DNA from: Picochlorum sp. SENEW3
Taxonomy: Eukaryota
Assembly (NCBI GenBank): GCA_034226945.1
Contig: CP120462.1
Location: forward strand, 496,001 to 560,000
Length of the DNA stretch: 64,000 nt
Direction: 5' to 3'
Shown here: positions 1 to 9,475 of the stretch, in pieces
Layout: every line of letters begins with the position of its first letter
Position numbering within the stretch: the stretch's first letter is position 1
Program-made: the position numbers and the translations under genes
The notes under the pieces: model-generated
The model's database searches: none
What the model saw: the letters and a program-made list of their open reading frames with translations, nothing else
What the model was told of the DNA's origin: nothing

Positions 1-124
1 CAGCATTCGGTCCAGATCAGCAGCTTCGAGTCCTGTCAAACATATTAGAAGTGCATCAACATTCAGCACTCCAAGAAAAAACTAAAGATGGTGTAACACG
101 TCAAGATATAGAATATAAACAGTA

Positions 125-991
125 TCAATCATTGGCATCAAAACTCATCACATGACTGTGCTGTTCACTCTTTGCCCCATTCGTTTCTTTACAACCCTTC
201 TTCTTCGAATCCCTAGCTGGATTATACAAAGGTTTTTCTCTCATCTCATCCTTCTCAGGACAACTATCGTCATCATTATTATTCTCGTCAGTTTTTGTCA
301 CGTGACCATCCTCATCCCCCTTCCCAGTGGTCGTCGCTCTCGATGTCATATCAAACTGCTGCACACCACCTCCCACAATCACAGGCTCATCAAACTCGTA
401 CGTTGTATACCTGTCCGGATTCTTCACATAATCCGGCACCGTACTCCTCGCATCTTCAGACTCCTGAGCTCCTGCCCGCTTATGAGGGGGAACATAGGGC
501 TTCTTCGGCTCTGGAATCCCCGTAAACGACACCTTCTTCTTCCCCATCCTTGACACATCCTCTCCATAAGAATCCTTCTTCTTCAACGCAGAACGAACAG
601 GCCGCTTCTCCCCAGACGACTGGCGCCACTCCTCCTGCCCCCCCGCTCTTGGTACGACAGGCGACACCCCCTCCGCATCATCAAACTGAAGCGACTGTAC
701 ATCCATTATATCACTCTCCTCTTCTCTGTCAATTTGAGAACTAAATGCTATACTCGGACGAACCCCTAACGCTGTGTCGAATTCGTCATCCCCCAAATCC
801 ATGTGAATCCCACCCACAGACGTCCTCCGGCGCCTCTCCTCCTCTTCATCATCACTCGACACATCCCTATGACCATTTCTATATATTGGAGATGACGTAG
901 GCATCCATTGCTTCTCTGTACCTTCAGGGTCTGATCCAGTCACACCCAAGGAATCAAAAGAGGCACGAGTTCGCCTCTCAAAATCTTCCAT
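125..991 (-). CDS. TSSC4: TSSC4-like U5 snRNP-associated protein
   Basis: 288-aa acidic, low-complexity ORF containing VPDYVKNPDRYTTYEFD, which resembles the conserved TSSC4 PDYxxNPxK(W/Y)TxY motif. Confidence 0.6.
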   Translation of the reverse strand: MEDFERRTRASFDSLGVTGSDPEGTEKQWMPTSSPIYRNGHRDVSSDDEEEERRRRTSVGGIHMDLGDDEFDTALGVRPSIAFSSQIDREEESDIMDVQSLQFDDAEGVSPVVPRAGGQEEWRQSSGEKRPVRSALKKKDSYGEDVSRMGKKKVSFTGIPEPKKPYVPPHKRAGAQESEDARSTVPDYVKNPDRYTTYEFDEPVIVGGGVQQFDMTSRATTTGKGDEDGHVTKTDENNNDDDSCPEKDEMREKPLYNPARDSKKKGCKETNGAKSEQHSHVMSFDAND

Positions 992-1260
992 ATCAACTCA
1001 ATGGGTACTAGTACTGCTTATATAGCTCATTTGTATGTATTTAATGCCTCAAAAGAAAGAATACTTCAATGTATAGAGCTCTGCCGTCAAGCACGCCGTG
1101 CTCAAAACTGGACACCCAGATATTAGCAGATCTGACGAAACTCCTTATATAAAATATTAGAAAAAAGCAAGGAAGATGGAGTTGGCCATGAAAGGACATA
1201 CCCTGTGTGCATAGATTTATCCTCATAAAATATATTGAACTATAGTATATATTTAAGGGC

Positions 1261-2827
1261 ATGGAGACGTACGTGGCTTTGTTGCAATCCGTAAAGATGT
1301 GCTGTGGTATTTTTCAAAAATGTTCTGAATCAAATCCTTCAAGTTTTGACTTCTCTTGTGCCCCTCGGGTATCACAGTACACCTTGATATTTTCCAAAGA
1401 ATATAAAGTCTTGATGTGGTCGTGTTTTGCCATGCAGATCGGTCAATTTTGACGAATTCGTCAGAACTGACACGGGTGAGATTTCAAATCTTCAACTCGA
1501 TAAAGACAATGGAACAACGATACAGCGTAAAGAATCATCGTATGTGAACCACGATAGTCGATTTAAGATACAAAAGAGGGATTATGAGCGTCAGTTTGCT
1601 CAATTGTACTTTTCCAGACTGGTCAAGCTGAGGCCTCATGTTGTCAAGGCTGCCACTGCGGCTTGGCCCAATGTGCCATGTGTTCGCGTGCTGGATGTTC
1701 CAGAGGAGAAGGAAGTGTGTATCGTCGGTACCCTGTATAAAGAAATGTCTTTGAAGCCGAGTATTTTGGATGAATATACAAAGGATGTGGGTGCTCAGTT
1801 GGGTGGGAATAGGTTTACGCAGGCTGGAGATGTCTTGGTGCTGGAGGATGAAGGTGGGCGAGTGTCTCTGGTGGGGGATGCGCTTGATGTTGGTACGATG
1901 GTGACTGGAGTTATTGTAGCTGTTAAAGGGACTGTTTCTGAGGAAGGGGATTTCCGGGTGGTGGATGTGTGCTATGCGGGGCATGCCCCACAGTCACGTG
2001 CCATCTCTTCCTCTGCTGCTGATGGACAGGAGAAAAGTCCGGCGTATGTGGCTCTCATGAGCGGATTTTCGTTCGGTATGGATTCGGAAACAGATATGTT
2101 AAAGGTTGAAATGATGCTCGATTATTGCGCTGGGATATTAGGATCGGAGCCAGAGCAGAAACAGGCATCCAATATTGTCAGACTTGTGTTTGCAGGGGGC
2201 ATTCTCAAGGGCAGCTCGAGTTTGTCACAGCCAACGTCGTATGCTTCAGTGCGAGAACAAGCAACAGCGTTGGAGCCTATACAGGAAGCAGATGCTCTTC
2301 TAGCGAATCTCTGTGAAACCGTGGACGTCGATGTGATGCCAGGTGTGACAGACCCAGTGAATTACTCTCTTCCACAGCAGCCACTCCATCGGTGCCTCCT
2401 CCCGCGAGCATGTTCCGTATCATCGCTCGTACGATGCACAAATCCACACGCTTTTGAAATAGATGGCGTACAATTTCTAGGAACATCAGGGCAAAACGTT
2501 GACGATGTCATGAGGTATTCTACATATGAATCCCCCACGGATATTCTGCAAAACATGCTGTCATGGAGGCACATCATTCCTACTGCTCCGGATAGCCTCG
2601 CGACGTATCCGTATAGCGATGAGGATCCATTTATTCTCGAAGAAACGCCGCATGTGTTGTTTGCTGGAGGACAAACGGCGTATGGCACCACAAAGGTGCA
2701 AGGGCCTGACGATCAGGTAACCCGAGTTGTGAGTGTTCCAGAATTCTCTCGGCAGCCAATGATGGTGCTCGTGAACATACATACGCTCGATGTTCATCCT
2801 GTGTATTTTGATACATCATTGGAGTAA
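1261..2827 (+). CDS. POLD2: DNA polymerase delta small subunit (B subunit); model: exon 1261-1268, intron 1269-1437, exon 1438-2827
   Basis: Motifs YERQFAQLYFSRL, LVLEDEGGRV, MPGxxDP, LPQQPLH, GTSGQN and PTAPDSL are typical of POLD2. ATGGAGAC|GTACGT...CAG|ATCGGTC splices in frame (METSVNF). Confidence 0.95.
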
Positions 2828-3243
2828 CTATGTAAGCATGTAGCCAAGTTCGCGTGGCCAAATTGCCCATGCATGGGCAATCATGATGATTAATTTCTGG
2901 GTCCTGAGTCTCTTTGTCTGGCATTTGTAAACTGAGTAGGACACATGACAGTACTATGCCATATTGTAAAAGCATTATTACAGATGTATCAAAGTTAATG
3001 TCACAGGGACTAGCATGCCTGAAATGTGAAAAAATTCTGTACAAACAATGCTGTGTCTTCCTGCGTGCCATCAGATGCATAATCCCACCGAGAGAGCTGA
3101 ACAGGCCACCTTTTCTCTGCACTTGCGCCCCACAAGTAAAGATCACTCGACAGGGAGGCGAGGCAGGTTCGGCCTCTTGGGACAAAGAACGCCGATGCAA
3201 TCACATTTTCAAGGGAAGAATATCCAACAGTCAACAACCGATA

Positions 3244-3867
3244 TTACTTTGTATTCCCGTTGAAAACCACCTTATTGCGGCATTTTTGAACAGATGGTCC
3301 TCCAAACTGAAACGTCGCCTGGTGCCCATGCCTAACTCCATAGCAAAAGAACGAAATCTCCACACTCATGTTTTCGTAGGACGTCACCCTCTCTCCATCA
3401 CCAATGTTACCATTGTTGGCCTTGTATAATGTTCTGTCAACCTTGTGGGTCTTGCCTGGCTTTAGTGTGCACCACTGGAGCTGCTCAACATTATAAGAAG
3501 AAATCCCGCCACAATCTGTATACTTGAGCGCTGGTATAAATTTTTTTGTCACAACATCATTGAGCATGTTGTAAACATCAACTCCGATACTCGTAGCTTG
3601 GTCCCGAAGGACCGCAACTGATGTCACTCCCTCTGCCCCGCTCACAGACCAGTCCTCACCATACACCACACGTTTATAAAATGTTTCCGTCCATGTACTT
3701 GATGGGCAAGATCTGTTCTTGAATTGAACGATTCCCGTCGATTCCTCCTGTAGCTTGAAGGTCAACGTGTCGAATTTTGTGATCTGATTTAAGCAGTTTG
3801 GCTGTTGTGCTTTCACGACGGTGCATAAAATCAGCGAAATGCAGGCTAAAATCAATATGCCCTTCAT
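3244..3867 (-). CDS. Secreted protein of unknown function (207 aa), paralogue of 8793-9475
   Basis: Signal peptide MKGILILACISLILCTVVKA. Cys spacing and motifs are shared with the gene at 8793-9475. Confidence 0.75.
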   Translation of the reverse strand: MKGILILACISLILCTVVKAQQPNCLNQITKFDTLTFKLQEESTGIVQFKNRSCPSSTWTETFYKRVVYGEDWSVSGAEGVTSVAVLRDQATSIGVDVYNMLNDVVTKKFIPALKYTDCGGISSYNVEQLQWCTLKPGKTHKVDRTLYKANNGNIGDGERVTSYENMSVEISFFCYGVRHGHQATFQFGGPSVQKCRNKVVFNGNTK

Positions 3868-4620
3868 CGCAGTTTTTTGTGCACAGAAAGACAAGGGTTT
3901 GAAAGCTGTCTATGCCCGGCTCGACTTACTACTGCTAATGTCGGAGAGATATTGTCGATTCGATCTTCCGACACCAAATTTTCAAACTTTCTATAAATGT
4001 AGAGAAATACTGCCAAACCGAGATCAATTGATCCGTGCTTTGCGCAAATCGGGTCACGCTCTTGTCGACACGATGTGGATACGCCCCCAGGATTGATACT
4101 GTTATTTTCACGTATCCTCTAAAGTTTTCGTGAGTTCGGCATTTAAACTCACGAAGTTGATTCGAATATTATATTATTTGGCCGCGGTACAGTGTATACA
4201 TTTTATCGAAAAATGGCACGGAGGGCATCAGAGCAGAGGCTGACGGACAGGTCTGTTTTACCAGGAGGTCAGATTTGGCATGGACATATCTTGTTAATCA
4301 GCCACCAATTGTATTACGATGGATTTAAATACACTCAGGAATGAATAAAGAGCAAAATCAGGAAGAAGCGACAAGTTCGAAGAACAATCTAGACATGAAT
4401 GTACCGAAGAAGGAACGTTGACATCTACCTCGCAAAAGCAGCAACAGACCCACAAAATCCAACTGTGCCTGACATAGTACAACTGGATGAGAGCCAACGA
4501 CAGATTCCTAAAAGCAGCAAGTAATACGGTTGTTGCAAAACAAGAGATGGCTTGATAGCACAAATACATGACTGCAATATCGACACTCGCCTCAGCCATT
4601 GGCCAACATGTATCGTGACC

Positions 4621-5016
4621 TTAAACAAAGAGTGGAACATTCCTCCGACACTTGTCGTAAAATAAATAATAACCACCTCTGCATTCTGTACAGGTTAGGA
4701 ACGATTCGTGGCAAGATTTGCAGTTCTTGAGATCGCATGGCAGACATGATGTCGAATCGTATCGAACCAATCCCTCGCCAGCTTTGCACACATTGACTGG
4801 TCTACACTGCTCCTTGCTCGCAGAGAGAGCAAACCCTGGGTCGCATTCGTCACATTTGTACGTGACGATCCCAGGGAATCCATCCGGTGGTATTTCTCGA
4901 GGGCTTTTGCAGCAGGAAATCGGTGGCCCCGCGCTAGGACATATTGAATATTCTGCTGCTGCAGAAAGCTCCAACAGGGCCAGGCCGATCAGGCTGAGAA
5001 CCAGGGTGAATCGCAT
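4621..5016 (-). CDS. Small secreted Cys-rich (CxxC/furin-like repeat) protein, copy A
   Basis: ATG-initiated signal peptide MRFTLVLSLIGLALLELSAA, followed by CxxC repeats (CDECDPG, CLPC, CKSC, CTEC). The upstream GTG extension in the ORF track lies in a predicted 5'-UTR intron. Confidence 0.8.
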   Translation of the reverse strand: MRFTLVLSLIGLALLELSAAAEYSICPSAGPPISCCKSPREIPPDGFPGIVTYKCDECDPGFALSASKEQCRPVNVCKAGEGLVRYDSTSCLPCDLKNCKSCHESFLTCTECRGGYYLFYDKCRRNVPLFV

Positions 5017-5714
5017 CTCCTCTGAAACCAACAGAACGCAATCAGGAGTAAACAAGAGTAACCATATGCCGGGATGAGGCGCAACACGAAAATATGCGCA
5101 AACACGGTCCGACCACAGCGGAAGGAGGTGTGCCACCCATAAGCACGGCGCGTACCTTGAGGTTTGCTACAAAGATTGATCCTTTCTTCTCACAAGTTTT
5201 TCTTTTGGAAAATATTGAGTATTACGAGTGTAACTCATTCAATGAATGTTTCGCAATTTAAACAAGCTCGACCGGGGAGACTACCACGATCGATGGCTCA
5301 TCGCGATGCAACCCCATTGCCGGCCGGCCGCGGGAACCCATAGGCCCCACAACGGGGTTCTACTGCGGGGTACCGTGCACCGGTGCACCAGATTGGCCCA
5401 TTGGTGGACAAATATTTGCAAATGAGCCATCTCTACCACGATCGTGGTAGTCTCCCCGGTCGAGCTTGTTTAAATTGCGAAACATTCATTGAATGAGTTA
5501 CACTCGTAATACTCAATATTTTCCAAAAGAAAAACTTGTGAGAAGAAAGGATCAATCTTTGTAGCAAACCTCAAGGTACGCGCCGTGCTTATGGGTGGCA
5601 CACCTCCTTCCGCTGTGGTCGGACCGTGTTTGCGCATATTTTCGTGTTGCGCCTCATCCCGGCATATGGTTACTCTTGTTTACTCCTGATTGCGTTCTGT
5701 TGGTTTCAGAGGAG

Positions 5715-6119
5715 ATGCGATTCACCCTGGTTCTCAGCCTGATCGGCCTGGCCCTGTTGGAGCTTTCTGCAGCAGCAGAATATTCAATATGTCCTAGCGC
5801 GGGGCCACCGATTTCCTGCTGCAAAAGCCCTCGAGAAATACCACCGGATGGATTCCCTGGGATCGTCACGTACAAATGTGACGAATGCGACCCAGGGTTT
5901 GCTCTCTCTGCGAGCAAGGAGCAGTGTAGACCAGTCAATGTGTGCAAAGCTGGCGAGGGATTGGTTCGATACGATTCGACATCATGTCTGCCATGCGATG
6001 ACATTAACTGCAGATACTGCTTCGAATCGTTCATGACGTGTACAAAATGCAGGCGTCGCACAAGGTTTTACCCTGACGGCAGGTGTAGGTGGAGAGATCC
6101 ACAATGGGACGACTATTAA
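5715..6119 (+). CDS. Small secreted Cys-rich (CxxC/furin-like repeat) protein, copy B; predicted 5'-UTR intron 5576-5709
   Basis: Identical to copy A up to CLPCD, then a different final module. CAAG|GTACGC...TTTCAG|AGGAGATG marks a UTR intron. Confidence 0.8.
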   Translation: MRFTLVLSLIGLALLELSAAAEYSICPSAGPPISCCKSPREIPPDGFPGIVTYKCDECDPGFALSASKEQCRPVNVCKAGEGLVRYDSTSCLPCDDINCRYCFESFMTCTKCRRRTRFYPDGRCRWRDPQWDDY

Positions 6120-6570
6120 GTCATCTCTTGTTTTGCAACAACGGTATTACTTGCTGCTTTTAGGAATCTGTCGTTGGATCTCAGCCAGTTGTACTATGTC
6201 AGGCACAGTTATCTTTTGTGGGTCTATTGCTGCTTTTGCGAGGTAGATGTCAACGTTCCTTTGTCGGTACATTTATGTCTAGATTGTTCTTCGAACTTGT
6301 CGCTTTTTCCTGATTTTGCTCTTTATTCATTCCTGAGTGCATTTAAATCCATTTTGATACCATTCAGAAAGGCCTGATGAGCAAGTTATGTTGATGTCCG
6401 TGCCAAATCTGACCAAAACATCATCAATTTGACTTGTATGAACACACTGGGCCACCACCAGGAAGAAACATCATCAGCTACATAACCTCCAGGTACCCTG
6501 TATGCAATTGATATAGTTTCTTATCCCACTTCCTCCCCGTGAATTCTATCTTTCTAGCATTCAGAAGTAC

Positions 6571-7026
6571 GAAGATGTCCCAATCATCCTTCTCTGGGGA
6601 ATGGGTTCAACCTTCAACCAGAGGTGCAATGGTTGGCTTGCCTTTGATGACATATCATCTACCATCAAGACAAACAATATGTGGTACAACATTGATATGG
6701 GACCAGCTCATATAGTCATATTGAGCGATTATGTAATATAAAGTGACAATTCTATCGTGTACAAGTGGTTTGATGAAGACTTGTCCAATGTTGATAGAGG
6801 ACAAATGCCATGGATTATTGTTGGATTCCATGCCCCTAAGTATCACACACAGATCGACCATTACAGGGGGAATCTAAATGTACAAGAACCTTTTGAACAT
6901 CTTATGCTGAAGCACAATGTGGATGTTGTATTGAATGGCCATGTTCATGCATATGCACTCTCCATTAGTGTATGCTTTCGAACCAGATACATGTGGACTA
7001 ATTTACATGACTGTTTGGGCTTGTGA
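6571..7026 (+). pseudogene. Purple acid phosphatase-like pseudogene fragment
   Basis: NMWYNIDMGPAHIVILSDY, YKWFDEDLSNVDRGQMPWIIVGFHAPKY and VDVVLNGHVHAY. In-frame TAA at 6739-6741. Frameshift near 6955 before VYAFEPDTCGLIYMTV. Confidence 0.85.
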
Positions 7027-7395
7027 ACCCTTGAAGGACTGTACAAGCAATGTGTGGACTAGTACTAGAATATTATGGAAGTCGTCGACATGGAGACCTG
7101 CTGTTTACCAGCCAATTTACTGTGGTATTGGTGTTATCGATGAAAGGACATCATTCTGCTCTCCTCGAACCTTGATCGTCCTTGCAACAGTCACAAGATG
7201 GCCTTTGTCAATATTTTCTGCATCATCTTCATCCATAACCAGAATACATGGATCTAGATGATGAAGAAGAGCTTGTGCTCTTGTGATCTAGAGCACAAGC
7301 TTGCGGGCGAACCGGTTCGCCTTGTAGGCCAACCCCAATCCCCTATGGAATTGGTCCCCTGGGCCGCGGGAACCACATTGGCCATGGCCATGGCC

Positions 7396-7744
7396 TATTT
7401 GCAAATGAGCCATCTCTACCACGATCGTGGTAGTCTCCCCGGTCGAGCTTGTTTAAATTGCGAAACATTCATTGAATGAGTTACACTCGTAATACTCAAT
7501 ATTTTCCAAAAGAAAAACTTGTGAGAAGAAAGGATCAATCTTTGTAGCAAACCTCAAGGTACGCGCCGTGCTTATGGGTGGCACACCTCCTTCCGCTGTG
7601 GTCGGACCGTGTTTGCGCATGTTTTTGTGTTGCGCCTCATCCCGACATATGGTTACTCTTGTTTACTCCTGATTGCGTTCTGTTGGTTGCAGAGGAGATG
7701 CGATTCACCCTGGTTCTCAGCCTGATCGGCCTGGCCCTGTTGGA
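7396..7744 (+). repeat. Direct repeat of 5413-5761 (upstream region, UTR intron and signal peptide of the Cys-rich genes)
   Basis: 349-bp match at offset 1983. I count four substitutions, all inside the predicted intron. Confidence 0.95.
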
Positions 7745-8102
7745 ACTCTGTTTCTTCACAGCAACTGAAGCGCGATGCCCGAATAGCGGCAGAATCATTA
7801 GCTGCTGTGAGGCAATCGACGTCAAACTATATAAGAAAGGAACAAAAATAAATTACAATTGTGAACGTTGTGATCCAGGTTATAAAGTGAGCCCATCCAA
7901 GAACCAATGCATTCCTGATATTCCAACTGCTTGTCTGGAGGGATATGGACCTAACTTTCAAAAAAATGGCACCTGCACAAAATGCACCGATCCAAACTGC
8001 AAATCTTGCTCTTATGAATTCAACGATTGTGTGATATGCGCAAAAGGCTACCAGTACAACGTTGACAGAGGCAATTGCGATCCGATCGTTGAACAACAGT
8101 AA
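7698..8102 (+). CDS. Small secreted Cys-rich (CxxC/furin-like repeat) protein, copy C
   Basis: Same leader MRFTLVLSLIGLALLEL. The mature part is diverged but keeps the Cys scaffold (CP..ISCC, CERCDPG, SKNQC, CTKC, NCKSC, CVIC). Confidence 0.8.
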   Translation: MRFTLVLSLIGLALLELCFFTATEARCPNSGRIISCCEAIDVKLYKKGTKINYNCERCDPGYKVSPSKNQCIPDIPTACLEGYGPNFQKNGTCTKCTDPNCKSCSYEFNDCVICAKGYQYNVDRGNCDPIVEQQ

Positions 8103-8792
8103 CCATGCTCACCCCTCCTGGTTGATTACCAAACAAGTCTGCTGAACATGGGAATTCGTGTTGAATTAAACACTTCCGAGAGGGTCACAGACACACTTTA
8201 TAATTAAGCCAGCATGTGATCTGTTCACCCACAAGACTGGTCCAAATCTTCTGTTTTGTGGGAACAAGACCCATGTAGAAGAGTGGCAGCAAAATTTTTT
8301 GGTCTCTGTCAAGGTCATGCAGACGCGCAACCACAGTATAAATGTCTTTATAGCAATGTGTTTTTTTTTGTCGAATCGTTTCGATATACACTCAGAATGT
8401 CTCTCTGTAATAGCTAATCTTTGTCTATATACCCACAGGCTACTAGCAGCAGCAGTATACCAACAGACAAAGACTCCAACAACCATTTGGTTTGCTTTAA
8501 GCAAACCTATAATCTAGGGTAAACATGCCTGCGGTGTGGTGGCAGTAGTGGTATACAACTCATTTAACCCACTGAAATGTGCTTGTAGAAGAGTAACGTT
8601 ACTCTGGGTATAACCCCCTGGGCCCCCGGGGGCCCGTTCCGGAACGTGGACCGATCGGTATCCGATACCGCAATATGTATCACATGAGATGGCAAACATG
8701 AAACCCAAGGGTTTCAGTCGTGTCAAAGATAGATAAAATTTAAACCAATATTCACTGTTTCCACGTTGAAACAGACGCAAGACTGTTCAAGC

Positions 8793-9475
8793 ATGATGCA
8801 TCGACTGGTTGCACTGGTTCTGCTGGCCTCCTTGGTATCAGCACGAAGGGAGTGCGTAGACGGGGTTACCTATTTCGCGGAAGCAGGCAAAACAGATATC
8901 TATAGGTGGAGCAGCAAAGAGCCAACCACACTTAAGAAGAGAACGGTGGGTCGTCTCGATAGCGTTGTATCCAGGCAATGTTGTTTTTCTCTGTATGAGC
9001 TGTAACCCAAGAAAGGACAACCTTTGCATGACTGCAGTGCGACCCCAGCAAGTACTATGTGGAAGAGAAACGCGAACTCTCGAATCTATGGGATACGAGG
9101 CGCTATGAAGACTATCCCATTAACTCCTTTTCGGAGCGACAGCAGCTGTCCCAAGTCGTGGAAGTGGCATTTCTAAACAATGTCCTTCCCTACATCAATT
9201 CGGGAAAGAATGAGAGCATCCTCAAATGTGAAACAGGTGTTCATTCTCTTATTGTTTCTGATTATCAACTTTGCTACCTCCAACAGGGAAAAGAGGCCAA
9301 TGTGAATGGCAAAACCTACACCTCTACTATTGAAATTGATAGGGATGGGAGTGGCAAAGACAAGGTATTTGGAAAGTACAGCGTCGTGGTTTCATACTCC
9401 TGCAACGGTCAGGCTCGAGAGCGATCTGTGGGCTTTACCTTCCAAGGAAAGGCCACAATAGAATGTACTGCCTGA
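8793..9475 (+). CDS. Secreted protein of unknown function (196 aa); exons 8793-8945 and 9038-9475
   Basis: Signal peptide MMHRLVALVLLASLVSA. ACG|GTGGGT...TGCAG|TGC joins two listed ORFs in frame. Homologous to 3244-3867. Confidence 0.75.

Larger units (their letters stand above)
4267..6414. repeat. Large inverted repeat: inner arms 4732-5292 and 5439-5999 (561 bp, apparently identical, 146-bp spacer); diverged outer arms about 4267-4555 and 6117-6414
   Basis: Reverse-complement match read directly; symmetric coordinates sum to 10731. ORFs 4621-5136(-) and 5595-6119(+) translate identically up to CLPCD. Confidence 0.95.

Noticed and set aside
5595..5714. N-terminal 40-aa extension (MAHLLPLW...) in the ORF track for the Cys-rich genes
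   Set aside because: It uses a GTG start and lies inside a predicted GT-AG UTR intron. The ATG at 5715 gives a proper signal peptide.
4732..5999. Inverted repeat as the terminal inverted repeats of a DNA transposon or MITE
   Set aside because: The arms contain the genes themselves, no transposase is present, and I found no target-site duplication.
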